A DNA stretch of 64,000 bases from assembly GCA_951406725.2 (NCBI GenBank), contig OX597832.1, forward strand, positions 37,944,001 through 38,008,000, given 5' to 3'. Origin of the DNA: Octopus vulgaris. Taxonomy: Eukaryota. The translations under genes and the position numbers were made by a program. Positions within the stretch are counted from its first letter, which is position 1; every line of letters begins with the position of its first letter. Below are positions 47,745 through 60,742 of this stretch, one piece after another. The notes beneath the pieces were generated by a model. The model searched no databases, was not told the origin of the DNA, and was given only the letters and a program-made list of their open reading frames with translations.

Positions 47745-47794
<50 letters not shown>

Positions 47795-48316
47795 CACCTC
47801 AGGCAGTCCGTCTATCTGTCCGCCTGTCTATATAAATACGTGTGTATAGTATATATATAATATACAACATATAATATATATATATATATATGTATAGCTA
47901 GTTAGAGAGAGAGAGAAATGGAGAGAAAGAGAGTGTGTGTGTTTGTGTGTTCGATAATTAGAATTCCAGAGTTTGATCAGCTGATTAACTTGCTCCTGAC
48001 GAAAGGTGTTAGTCGCTTAACATTACCAAGAGATGTGTATCCTTAATATAGTGCTGAAGCAAAATCTTTCTTTCTGACTGTGTATACTGACAACGTTCAC
48101 CCGGTGGGCTTCATTATACAGTTCTTGACTGGCCATTTCAGTCATAACGTACAATTGTATAAACCAAGGTGTGCCGAAAGTGGCCTACGATGGAATCGAA
48201 CCTGCGACTTCGCAGTTGTTAATTGAACTTTATACTTTTTCTTTATACATATATTGTTGAGTATTTTAACCGGTGCTACGCCCCTGCTTATGTGTACATA
48301 TATGTATAGATGTATG

Positions 48317-48359
<43 letters not shown>

Positions 48360-49347
48360 TCAGTGTAGGAAGAAATGGAGCTGAACGAAGATTTAACAAA
48401 ATTCCTTTTTATTATTTTCTACATATGTTTCAAAGGCTGCACTAAGGCACGGGTTTGAGACCCCATGGTCGTAACCTCAACCGTGATTTTTCTGTTGTGA
48501 TTTTTGCTACCCAGGTATCGGTTATCATTTGAATAATCCGTAACAAGATAATTCATTTATCCATTTCAATATATATATATATATATGTGTGTGTATATAT
48601 ATATATTTACATCGGCCATTGTTGTTTAGGTGTAGGTAACTACTGATCTACGAGATGTAGTAAGGATAGCGTTCCAGCTGTGACCTTCCCGTTCGTCTAC
48701 ATAGATGATATGATGATATGCCTCAAATGTATTCCTTCTTATTCAGGACAGTAAGCGGTGTCAATGCTAGCTGCGACACCTAGCGGGGGGTTCTCTTAGT
48801 GACTTGAAAGTGTAAAGTAATGAATGACACACAACCTAGTTTAAAATCGAACCTTTCTTTCTGGATTACTGTGATATCGGTTTTAGTCACGTGACTCGAT
48901 TTACACTCATTAATTTCAATATCCGAATAAAATCGACTCACATATTTACGCACAATCATTACGTGTTTAAACACGTAATAGGATGTATGTTCAATCAACA
49001 ACTACGTTTATGCGTGTTAGTATGTATGTGTATATATATAAGTGTGTGTGTGTGTTCTATGTACGATCTGTATGTATTTGTATATGTGTGGTTCAATAAT
49101 TGAAATGGTATCTGGAATATTTAACAAATTATCTTGTAATTAATTTTCTACTCTTGATGGGTTATAATTTTCTCGTTTACAAAGAATTGACACGTGCTTA
49201 AATAACCCCTCCGCATGCACACAGACACACCCACGTATATATATACATATATATATATGCGGGTTTGATAAGTGTCTTGCACGAAACTTTCTGCTCTTCA
49301 GTCACTGTTCTAACGTTTTAATCGATTAATATATATCAGCAATTGAT

Positions 49348-49565
49348 ACTCTTTTACTCTTTTACTTGTTTCAGTCATTTGACTGCGGCCATGCTGGAGC
49401 ACCGCCTTTAGTCGAACAAATCAACACCGGGACTTATTCTTTTTGTAAGCCCAGTACTTATTCTATCGGTCACTTTTGCCGAACCGCTAAGTGACGCGGA
49501 CGTAAACACACCAGCATCGGTTGTCAAGCAATGCTAGGGGAACAAACAGACGCACAAACACACAT

Positions 49566-49603
<38 letters not shown>

Positions 49604-49720
49604 ACGACAGGCTTCTTTCAGTTTCCGTCTACCAAATCCACCCACAAGGCATTGGTCGGCCCGGGGCTATGGCAGAAGACACTTGCCCAAGATGCCACGC
49701 AGTGGGACTGAACCCGGAAC
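49348..49720 (-). mobile_element. tRNA-derived CORE-like SINE (family B) with internal (TA/CA)n
   Basis: Minus-strand head GTTCCGGGTTCAGTCCCACTGCGTGGCATCTTGGGCAAGTGTCTTC; tail GCTCCAGCATGGCCGCAGTCAAATGACTGAAACAAGTAAAAGAGTAAAAGAG. Confidence 0.88.
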
Positions 49721-50765
49721 TAGGTATACTGCCTTTTAATGTATGTGAGTGTGAGAGATTGTGTGTTTAACGATTACAAGACGAAGAGGTCATTCAGACA
49801 TTTAACAAAGCCATTAACTTCAATTTAAACTTAATGTGTCAAGCCTTTCGTCACACTTCTGCGACGAGGCCATTGACACTGCGCCTCTGCAGTGAAGCTT
49901 TGTTTGTGTTCAGGGTACGGGTGCATAAATGAAATATTTGACACGTCATGGAATACACTTGAATGTAAAGGTATGCATGTTCTTAAATGACTTTTCTACG
50001 ATGGGGTTGCCGTAGTTTCAAGAGACGGTCTCCGAACAAGTAAAATTCATATATAGGTGTGTTCGCAAGTTTACTTCTCAGGCACGTGGTTCCGGGTTCA
50101 GTCCCACTGCATGATACTTTGGGCATGTGTCTCCTGCAATAGCCTAGGGCTAAACCCTTAAAAGTGCTGTACCAGCATGGCCCCAGTCAAATTACGGTAA
50201 CAAGTAAAAAAGATATATATATACATATGTATGTATGTATGTATGTATATATGTGTGTGTATGTATATATATATATATATATATCCCATGTTGACTCGTA
50301 GGAGATTCCATCGAAATAAATAAATAAATAAATATATATATATATATGGGTAAGACCTTAATACTCTTTGGTCAGTGGTGCTCCAGCATGACCGCAGCTT
50401 CAAAGCTGAGACAATTTAAAGAATTTACATGTCATTCAAGTCATTGCGATAACTTGACGATTTTTTCATCCCTTGGCATCTTTCTGCGCGCTCTCACTAC
50501 TACACCTGTTGTTTAACCTCACCTGTTTCATGTGCTTCCATCCTCCAGATCACCCACACACCCCTCCGTAGATTATTCTACGAATGTCACAGGAATCAAG
50601 TAAAGTTAATATAGTCAAAACTATTGAACTTTGCCCTCTTCATGATCTCTGGGGTAAAGGAGCTTAGACTTACTCTCCATATTTGTTAATAACCGGTTTA
50701 TAGAGAGTTTCTCACAATCCTACATGCCTCTTCTTGGTAGAAAAATTTAAGAAAATCGCACAAAT

Positions 50766-50816
<51 letters not shown>

Positions 50817-50817
<1 letters not shown>

Positions 50818-51010
50818 ACGGGAAGGTTTACGAAAATAAACAAAAGACGAAGGCAGGTGGAGTACAAACAAACAAATGTATTAGTATGGCGCTCAGGAAT
50901 AGAAATAAAACAAGTCTTTTACGTTTCGAGCCTACGCTCTTCGACAGAAAGATACACAGAAAAGAAACAAGGAGAGAAAAAAATTGCGTGTAGGGGCTAA
51001 CGATCCAACA
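50817..51010 (-). mobile_element. PLE pLTR copy (same family as 63660-63843) with hammerhead motif at 50915-50952
   Basis: Reverse complement closely matches 63660-63845. Motif TCTTT-CTGTCGA-A-GAGC(GTAG)GCTC-GAAAC-GTA-AAAGA with a GUA cleavage triplet. (TA)n flanks. Confidence 0.75.
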
Positions 51011-51678
51011 TATATATGTATGTATGTATTTTGTCTTTTACTTGTTTAGTCATTGTAGTGTGTCCATGGTGGTGGTAACGCTTTGAAGCGTTTCATAGAA
51101 AAACAGGTCCCAGAATTTATACATTTTTGAAGTCTGGCACCTATTCTATCAGTTGTTTTGCCGAACCGCTAAGTTATAAGTTATTAAGTGATGGAGGGGC
51201 GGGGCAAACATAAAAACACACACACATATATGTAACAAAAAAAACAACGTCTTTTTAAGGTGTGCGACTGTGAAGCAAAGAGCGAAAGGTTGAAGATAGT
51301 TCGAGAGGATAAAATACCAAAGATTCCAAGATGCGAGTAAAAGTTCAAGAAGATGGAAAAAAAGAGGCGAAGGTAAATAAGACAGCGTATATGCAAGAAC
51401 GTAAGAAATTGGTCTCCACATTTTGCTTGAGTGATGGAAAATGGCCGACAGAAAGAGGAGATAAAATTGTTTTGTTTTGTTTTTTCTTTTAAACGTTTTT
51501 CAGAAAACAGTGAACGCCAAAGAAGAAAGCCAGTCCTTCGAGGAAACAACTTTTGTAGAATAAATATTTTACTGTATATACTAAATTGAGTCTTTTGTTC
51601 ATTTTACGTTTGTTGCTTTTATATATTCAAGAAGGTACACAAACACACACACATACACATATGTATACACACAAATAT

Positions 51679-51719
<41 letters not shown>

Positions 51720-52498
51720 TATATTAAATTAGAGATTAATCCTAAATCTAATTTTTCCCTGTAAGTTTGGATTTACTCCCTAATTTTATATTTATATATA
51801 TATATATGTATAGAGAGAGAGAGAAAGAGAGATAAGTATGTTTATGATATATATCAAGGAATTTCGAACGAATCTGAATTAATATGTAAAATAATGTTAG
51901 CGTTTTGGAACTTTACCCGTCATCGATGAAAAGAATCGACGTTGTTTGCCTCGATAATTATTATTTTAAAAATGATTTTGCATTGTGTGAGTGTACGTGT
52001 TTACGTATACCATTGTGCGTGTATGTATATGTATGTTGTATGAGACACATTAAAGCCTCCCTTGCAAATAGCCAGTTGTATTTATTATGGACTGATCCCT
52101 GTATGTCCCCTACACCAACTAATTGTAAATCCCCATCTACTCAATAATTACACTCTATATCCAACCACTAAAACTACTCTTGGCACTACTAGAACTACCA
52201 TCACGAGACATCTTGAGCTAACTTCTACATGGTCGCTCTTTATGTTAGAAAGAGCAACCAAACCACACCTTATATCACTTTAAATAAGAGGAAGTTACAT
52301 TGTACAAGGTAGTCCTAGACACCCCTAGAGACGCGGTTTGGTCATAGTTGGATCGTCCTTAACCATACTCAATGAGCTGGAGATGGAGCTGAACCACAAC
52401 ACCCTCTAACAAGTGGGCCTCACCGTGGCCACTTTCAGAAACAACTGCCAAATTTTCTTGAAATCACATCTCACTCTCTTTTAGATAGGTAACATAAT

Positions 52499-52729
52499 TT
52501 TTTTTTTTTGCCCACAAGGGGCTAAACATAGAGGGGACAAACAAGGACAGACAAACAGATTAAGTCGATTACATCGACCCCAGTGCGTAACTGGTACTTA
52601 ATTTATCGACCCCGAATGGATGAAAGGCAAAGTCGACCTCGGCGGAATTTGAACTCAGAACGCAGCAGCGGACGAAATAACACAAAGCATTTCGCCCGGC
52701 TTGCTAACGTTTCTGCCAGCTCGCCGCCA
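52499..52729 (-). mobile_element. Full-length tRNA-derived SINE (family A) with poly(A) tail and 17-bp TSD
   Basis: Head GGCGGCGAGCTGGCAGAA, B-box GAGTTCAAATTCC. TSD TAGATAGGTAA(C/G)ATAAT at 52482-52498 and 52730-52746. Confidence 0.9.
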
Positions 52730-53094
52730 TAGATAGGTAAGATAATGTATTCCTCAAGAGTCCTAAAAAGACTTGAAGGCTCGTTTCATCCATCAAGCAT
52801 CCAGGTACTTTTGAGGTTATCACGCTCCCTTTTAATTTTCTCTTCGGTCACCTGAGCATATATACACGTCCTGGGTAATTGAATACATTCGGCACTTACT
52901 TGCCCCACCTCTTCCACGTCTAACATTGCTTCCAGCATTGCCGTCTTCTGTCTCTCTACCTGCCTGGTTTACATGTAGATTGGGTGCCACGAAATACGCA
53001 CCCAATACATAAAAGCACAAGATGTAAAGAGTAAGCAGACTAAGTCAAGCACACATCAGTTTCTGAAGGCAGCAGTTAATGATAGATGAGCTGG

Positions 53095-53152
53095 AACATG
53101 ACGAACCGTCTAACCCATGCCAGCTTGGAAAGTTGAAGAAAAGTGACGTTGC
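53095..53152 (+). mobile_element. Probable RTE-LINE 3' tail fragment
   Basis: CCGTCTAACCCATGCCAGCTTGGAAA resembles the RTE 3' terminus as I recall it; not verified. Confidence 0.4.
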
Positions 53153-53469
53153 TTAGGACATGTACCCATGTGTTATTGAGTTTCTAATGCTTTGACTTAC
53201 CTGTAACTATATATATCTCTTTCACACACACACACACACAGTGTTCGAGTTAGATTTGAGGATTTTTTAATGCTTTCTTTTTCCAGAAATAACTTGATGA
53301 GGGCACAAGAAACTTTCTTATGGCTCCCTTTTAATCTTTAACATGACTTCTTCTACCTTCAATAAACTACTTTCCATTTTTCAGAAATAACCGGCAACCT
53401 CAATGTGTTTCTTTCCAATAAATTCTGTTATGAAATGTATTTTGGTTTTAATTCTAATCATAGATTTCA

Positions 53470-53810
53470 CTCCTTGATTTCTTTCGCTGTCATGCTGGAG
53501 CACACCTTGAAGATTTTTGCCCAATGAATCGACGCCAGTTCTTACTTCTGGTTCTGATACGTATTCTATCGTTCTCCGTTGTCGATCCACTAAGTAATGT
53601 TGGTATAAACAACCAAACGCCAGTTTTCAGGCAGCACAAAGGTGCACACTCTTACACACACACACACACACAATTTCCATCAAACAATTTCACTTACAAG
53701 GCAATGACCAGCCCGGACCTATAGTGGAAGATAATTAGGTGCCGTGCATTGAGACTGAACCCCAAACCACGTGGTACCAACACGAACTTCTTAATTTCAC
53801 AGCCATGCGT
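53470..53810 (-). mobile_element. SINE family B, diverged
   Basis: CATGCTGGAGCAC..GAGACTGAACCC..CACAGCCATGC. Confidence 0.7.
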
Positions 53811-54299
53811 GCATCTGTTAAGGACGTTTAGTTTATTATTTCGTCTCGCCAATCCTTTAATATATTTTAAAAAACCAATATTCCATTATCCAAAAACACA
53901 TTAACATACCATCTCTTTGGATTAGATATATATATTTTTTTATTGTTTTGCATTGTTCTCTATCAACTTCACTCCCATACCAACACACTGATTTCATCAG
54001 CTTTAACAAACAGTAGCTGCTCCATTTGTCACCCTGATATTCATTGTATTGAACCAATCCCAACTCCAACCACACACCTGTTTGATTGTTTGATTGTCTT
54101 ATTGTTAAAAGCAATAGGGCAATCAAATTGATGAGATGACCTGTTTTAACCATTGACTCCTACTCCAGCCTCTCATTTCATCCTATTTTCGGCCAACTTT
54201 TTTTTCTCTCTCTCTCTTCTGTTACCCATTCACCCTGTCTTAACCACCCAGCTGTATTGCCCTCTGTAGACACTTACTCTACAACTAGAATAAATGAGC

Positions 54300-55150
54300 A
54301 GAATGGAAACACTTTACAAATCTTCTCAGATACTTTCTGATAAATGTGGATTTGGACAAATCGCAGCGCGTCACCTAGATTGTGCTGAGATAGAATTTTC
54401 GCTTGGTAAACAGGTAGAATTAGCATAAGTTGCTCAGAATTTCGGATAGTAGGCTTGACAGACTAAAAATCCGTGAAGTGTACAGTCGATTTAAATAGAG
54501 TGCCCCCTCGCCGGTGCAGAAAGAGTTCAGAAATTAGATTAGCGATATATGGGGAAAGAGTTTCAACGAGTAGGACATGATAGAAAACTAAGAATTTTGG
54601 CAAAAGTGCTCACTATGTTGTCGATAGTGTAATGGCGATCGATAAACCTGTGTGATTGATCGGTGATGTATCCACGATAACTACTGCATGATGTGATACA
54701 TGTTAGAACCAGTCGGTAGAGTATCTGGCTTTGTCGGGGTACTGAACAATTTCAGTAAGTTTAAAGCTTTCCACATCGTCGACCATCGCCACACCGCATC
54801 TGTCGTGAAAACAGTCAGATTCAGTGGCGTCTCTGCAGGATGGGATGCTACAATGTAGAGCAGCATTTGTTCGGTGGGCAAATAAAACGGCCACCTTCCA
54901 GAACTTTTGGCATTCAACTCCCAGTTCGTCTCCCCTCTCTTGTGTGTTTTAGTGTTGGAACTATTGCCACAGAAAACAGAAAATTGAAGGGTATCCCACT
55001 CGAACTGGATCACAAGAGATGTCATCCGTATCATCCGTGTCTCAGTATACACAGATGATATTACTGTCATGCATTCTCGTGTACACACACAAACGCTCGC
55101 ACGAACGGATGTGTGCATCAGGTCGCTTCTGAACTCTATTGGTAAAAAGT
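54300..55150 (+). mobile_element. L1/Tx1-like LINE ORF2 relic (endonuclease end + reverse transcriptase), internally deleted
   Basis: Ordered degenerate motifs across frames: TD*KSVKCTVDLNR, LRILAKVLT, IHDNYCMM*YMLE, KAFHIVDHR, NGHL, SPLLCVLVLELL, SVYTDDITV (YADD equivalent at 55048-55059). Confidence 0.8.
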
Positions 55151-55199
55151 AACTTTATATAACTTGCTGCATAGTCTGGCCATCGGCAAATCAAGCAGT

Positions 55200-55700
55200 T
55201 CCCTCACCAGACTAGCCCGAGGAGGAAGATTGCTCTTGATTTTACCGCCTCTGGTTAGATATCTTTCATAGTCGAACCAAGACACTTTTCGATGGTGCTT
55301 TCCTCCAGGTGTTCAAATCTTTTTTGTTTCTCTACATTGTATACTTTATAGACAATAGTCTTTTCTTTAATTTAATTTTTTTTTTCGTTTGGTGGTGTTA
55401 TCCTAGATTCACCGTCTTTGTCGGTGATCAATCCGAAATAGGTTTGTATTTCTTCCATATTAATTTTAATGAGTTCGCCGCCCGCCGACGGCTGCAGCGA
55501 AATTCATTTTTGGACTTTCTTCTATCGAAGACATTTTAACAAAATTGCTTCCGTGTAAACGGTGAAAATGTTGTCAATTTCCCCAAACAGGGACACAATT
55601 CGATTTTTAAACAATAACCAAAGCTTCTTCTCCCAAAGAGGGAGGGTTACGGTTTACAATTATTTAACAAATGCAACACAACAACGCTTCCCTTGCGAGG
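55200..55700 (-). mobile_element. Possible L1/Tx1-like 5'UTR + ORF1 start relic
   Basis: Minus strand MSSIEESPKMNFAAAVGG..KEKTIVYK resembles the S/N-F/Y-AAAV start of L1/Tx1 ORF1; frame is broken. Confidence 0.4.
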
Positions 55701-56337
55701 AACCAACAAACGTGATAACAATAGTTAAACAGAAATAATAATAACAACAAACCTTACGGTAAACCAAAAAGCAGTACTCTGTTGAAGCTATAGGCCTTTA
55801 TGGATCAGAAATAAACCAACAGCGGTACTCAGTAGAAGCATCTTTCGAGAAAACAGACATTACATACAGCCAAACTTCATATAGATACTTAATGCTAGCT
55901 AATTAGCAAATAATCTAATGTAAAAGCCGTGCACACCTCCATCTGGACTATTCCATTTCTGGACTTAAATTTTATTTTTAATTTATTCCCATTCATGTGA
56001 AACCACTGATTCAAGTTCAAGTCATTGATGCAATTTTGTACCAATTTCTATTTTTACTTTTGTTATGTTACGATAATATTATACTTTAGTTTGATTTTAA
56101 TTATTACTTACTACATATAATTCAATTGTTATTATTATTTTTATTGTTAAAGTGAAAGCATCTGACATAAAATAGAGAAATGTTTTTGTTTCACTTTTAA
56201 CACGTAATACTGAAATAGTGGAGAAGATATGATATTGCTATGGGCTCGCTCTAGGTAAGACGTTGAACATTTTTTTAACCCATGAAACTACATGGACCCT
56301 AAGTAAGGCATGTGTTAAAAAAAAAAAAAAATAAGAA

Positions 56338-56575
56338 GGCGGCGAGCTGGCAGAAACGATAGCACGCCGGGTGAAATGCGTAGCCGTATTTCGTCTGCCG
56401 TTACATTCTGAGTTCAAATTCCACCGAGGTCGACTTTGCCTTTCATCCTTTCAGGGTCGGTAAATAAAGTACCAGTTACGCACTGGGGTCGATGTAATCG
56501 ACTTAATCCGTTTGTCTGTCCTTGTTTATCCACTCTATGTTTAGCCCTTTGTGGGTAGTAAAGAAATAGATATTT
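56338..56575 (+). mobile_element. Full-length SINE family A
   Basis: Closely matches the reverse complement of 52511-52729. Confidence 0.9.
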
Positions 56576-56924
56576 CTATGTTGTCGATAGTGAAATGGCG
56601 ATCGATAAACCTGTGTGATGATCGGCGATGTATCCACGATAACTACGGCATGATGTGATACATGCTAGAACCAGTCAGTAGAGCTGACTGGTTATATATT
56701 TTTAAAAGCCAATATTCCAAAACTGACAAAAAAAATAATAAAACCTAGGGTCTGTGACTACTGTGCTCTACAACAGTGCACAGGAGAGGACTGGTAATGT
56801 GGTACCAGACTTTAAAAGAAGTACTATCGTCGATTTGTTCGAATAAAACCTTACAGGCTGATGCTCCAGTATGGTCGCAGTCCAAGAATGAAATAAGCAA
56901 AGGATAAAAGACAACCCCACACTA

Positions 56925-57708
56925 ACTGGCTAGCATGTGCGGGGGAGGGAGTAAGTCGATTACATCAACCTCAGTATGCAACTGGTACTTAAGGATGAAA
57001 AGCAAAGACAGCAGAATTTGAGCGTAAAGACGGACGAAATGCCGCTGTCCACTTTGTCCGGCGTACCCAGGATTCTACAAGTACGCCGTCTACTGACGCA
57101 TGTAATATCGGTTTCAAAGTTTGGCACAAAACCAGCAGACTTCAGTGATCAACTGTTACTTCTTTTATCGATCCCGAAAGGATGAAAGGCAAAGTCAACC
57201 TCGTCGAAATTTGAATTCAGAACGTAAAGACAAACGAAATGTCACTTAGCATTTTTATCGTCGTACAAACGATTCTACCAGCCCGCCGCCTACGGGTCAA
57301 TGTAAAATCGGTCTCAAATTTTTGCGCAAGGCTAGAAGTTGCTGATGGGAGGGGGCCAAGTCGATTAAATCGACCCCAGGGATCAACTGGTGCTGCTTTT
57401 ATTGAACTCGAAAGGATGAAAGGCAAAGTCAACCTCGGCGGAATTTGAACTCAGAACGTAAGGACGGACGAAATACCTATTTCTTTACTACCCACAAGGG
57501 GCTAAACGCAGAGAAGACAAACAAGGGTAGACAAACGGATAAAGTCGATTACATCGACCCCAGTGCGTAACTGGTACTTTTTTAATCGACCCCGAAAGGA
57601 TGAAAGGCAAAGTCGACCTCGGCGGAATTTGAACTGAGAACGTAGCGGCAGACGAAATACCGCTAAGCAGTTTACCCGGCTTGCTAACGATTCCTCCAAG
57701 CTCGCCGA
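56925..57708 (-). mobile_element. Head-to-tail stack of four SINE family A copies
   Basis: Repeated GGATGAAA(G)GCAAAG..GAATTTGA..CGTA..GACGAAAT units at ~56950-57090, 57100-57290, 57305-57477 and 57478-57708; the last is the best preserved. Confidence 0.8.
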
Positions 57709-58267
57709 CTTTGAGTGTTATATGTAATATCAGCATAGCATATTGGTAATGTAGTTAAAATATCTTAATGAGAGGTAGTAAGAGATATTGCCCTTTGCGG
57801 GAAGTCAGTGCACAGGAAGTTAACGCAAATGCAACAAAAAAGCTTAATGTCGAATGTTCTAACTATGCCACCAGGTTAATTTCTTATTTCTGGATTCTTT
57901 TTTATCGACCCCCGAGAGGCTGTAGCATGTTTAAAAAAAAAATTTTTTTTAAACATTTTTAATGGGACACTTCTAAGAAGCTCGCTTCGCATTAAGTCCC
58001 ACAACGTGGTGCATTGGGGGAAACGCCAATGCTTTGTGGTTAAATTTAATATGTAAACTTTAAAAACAGAAAAGATAGTTTATACAAAATTTTAATGTTT
58101 TACATACATTTCACTTGTGATAACAATGTTAGCCACATTTTTCAAATGGACGGAATTTTTTTATGATAGATAAGTCACCAGATAAAATATATACGCCTGA
58201 GAATCTGTCAGAAAATTACATCTTCAAAAGAACACACATACACACACAAAAGAGTTTTAAAGGAGTA

Positions 58268-58281
58268 TAATAATAATGATG

Positions 58282-58342
<61 letters not shown>

Positions 58343-58356
58343 TGATGATGATAATG

Positions 58357-58393
<37 letters not shown>

Positions 58394-58458
58394 TAATAAT
58401 AATAATAATGATAATGATGATGATAATAATAATAATAATGATAATAATAATAATAATG

Positions 58459-58505
<47 letters not shown>

Positions 58506-58539
58506 GATGATAATAATAATAATAATGATAATAATAATA

Positions 58540-58606
<67 letters not shown>

Positions 58607-58623
58607 TAATAATAATAATGATA

Positions 58624-58684
<61 letters not shown>

Positions 58685-58713
58685 TAATAATAATAATAAT
58701 GATAATGATGATG

Positions 58714-58789
<76 letters not shown>

Positions 58790-58795
58790 TGATGG
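58268..58795. repeat. (AAT/GAT)n trinucleotide microsatellite ~525 bp
   Basis: Seen directly; source of the poly-I/L/Y ORFs. Confidence 0.95.
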
Positions 58796-59575
58796 TGGTG
58801 GTGGTGTTGATGGTGATTTCTTTTGTTTGTGTCCAGGGTGAAGACTGAGGGGTGGGAGCAATACAAACACAGATATAAAGTATTGGGGTTTACGTACAAT
58901 GAAATTATAAAAAAGAAAATCGAAGGGATACAGGGTATACAATAAAACAGAGAAGGAAAGGATACAAAGTAAACAACAGTAAAACAAAGAAAAAAGATGA
59001 TGGGGGGAGGTGGTCCTTCTGATGCAGGAGGACTTTAGGGATAATTGAGGAAACCCACTGTCCAAAATCTCCCTGAACACCAAGGGCAAGGGATCTCTCC
59101 AATTTCTTCTCCCTGACTCACGTCTACTCTTAGACTGGTACCATCCATTCCGACCATTTTCGCAACATTCACTCATATTTCAATAAATTCACTCGAGGAC
59201 AGCACCCCGCCTCTCCACCCTCACTTTCCTTTTCAAGTAAAACTTGAAAAAGCCGAAGAAGGCTCTGTCAAAATGGATTCTCTCTCTCCTCTTGTCTTTC
59301 AGCGTTGTCCACCAGATAACTTCTTTCGTACATCCACCAAGCAAAGGAAAACTGCCTTACCTGCTCGATTAAAGGAGGGTGGCAGAGCAATCCTCTCTAT
59401 GGACTTGACCGATAGACGGATCCCCCCGCCTCACCAACACGCGACAGCAGCTGCTCCACATTACTCTTCAAGTCAGCAATGCCCGGACACTGAACAACAC
59501 TTACGACAAGTCAATCTGACAGCACATCCGTATCTAAAGAGTTTATCTCGAACCGGTAGCGCCCTCACTGTGGTT
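58790..59575 (-). mobile_element. 3' end of L1/Tx1-like LINE (C-terminal domain + 3'UTR)
   Basis: Minus strand LPVRDKLFRYG..VVQCPGIADL..VEQLLSRVG..PPSFNRAGKAVFLCLV..KEVIWW..FFKFYLKRKVRVERR. The 3'UTR ends in ..AAAAGAAATC and runs into an (ATC/ATT)n tail. Confidence 0.75.
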
Positions 59576-59616
59576 TCGTTTCAAATTTTGGCACAAAGTC
59601 AGACATAATGATAATG

Positions 59617-60260
59617 ATATTAAATAATACATAGATATTACGACAATGATGCTGAATGCTTTAACTGGGACTAGAGAAAGAATGTTCGTACCTGTAACAT
59701 CTCATTTTTAAATAGCTTGAGGTAGAACGAATGCAATGTCTAATTCTATTATGGGCATCCGTATCCTGCATATATTCTGTGACAGTAACACTTAAGGGGA
59801 CATAGATTGGCAAGTCTACAATTACATCTACATTCTGTATCATTCGTACTAATTTGACTTAGCGAATGTAATATTTGATTCGATAAGGTTGTATATATAT
59901 CCATGCATACATATATAGAAATACACAAAATAATACACATATATTAAATAATACATAGATATTACGACAATGATGCTGAATACTTTAACTGGGACTAGAG
60001 AAAGCATGTTCGTACCTGTAACATCTCATTTTGAAATAGTTTGATGTAGAACGAAAGCAATGTCCAATTCTATTATGGGCATCCGTATCCTGCATATTTT
60101 CTGTGACAGTAACACTTAAGAGGACATAGATTGGCGAGTCTACAATTACATCTACATTCTGTATCTTTCGTACTAATTTGACTTAGCGAATGTAATATTT
60201 GATTCGATAAGGTTACAATAGGTACGGCATTATTTTCAATATTGAATAAGGAGTGCTTTT
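59617..60260 (-). mobile_element. Degenerate Penelope-like GIY-YIG endonuclease region, duplicated (59617-59890 and 59941-60214)
   Basis: Fragments across frames read MPYL..TLSNQIL..ECRCNCRLANLCPLKCYC..CIRSTSSYLKMRCYRYEHSF, matching the PLE pattern CNCRxxxxCPLxGxC..YIGxTxxxFKxRxxxHxxSF. Two ~274-bp copies with period 324. Confidence 0.7.
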
Positions 60261-60512
60261 ATACATGCACTCTGCGTCATTGCGATCGATACTAAATTTA
60301 TAACCCTCGACTATGCTTTTATTTTGTTTTATGCAAGCATAATCATTCGGTGCAGGAGTAACATTAGTAACCATCTGCATCGTCTTGTACGGATTAGTTT
60401 TATCATCATTCGTATGGCTTCCATTAAAATCATTAATCACAATGATTGATATATCTATGTTTATGGATGTAATATTATCAGCGAAAAATATATTGGGTTT
60501 TCGTATATAGAC

Positions 60513-60553
<41 letters not shown>

Positions 60554-60708
60554 CACACACAGATAGATAGATAGACACATACATACATACATCATACATA
60601 CATAGATAATACCCAATGCGTTTTTAGATACATACATACATACATGCATACATACATACATACATACATACATACATACATACATACATACATACATACA
60701 TACATACA

Positions 60709-60742
<34 letters not shown>

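Noticed and set aside
48180-48290. tRNA-like A/B boxes (also GGGTTCGAACC at ~40176 and GGGTTCGATCC at ~7173)
   Set aside because: No cloverleaf; these are SINE heads or chance matches, not tRNA genes.
58208-59176. 322-aa poly-Leu, 227-aa poly-Tyr/His and 190-aa poly-Ile ORFs
   Set aside because: Frames of the (AAT/GAT)n microsatellite plus a LINE 3'UTR.
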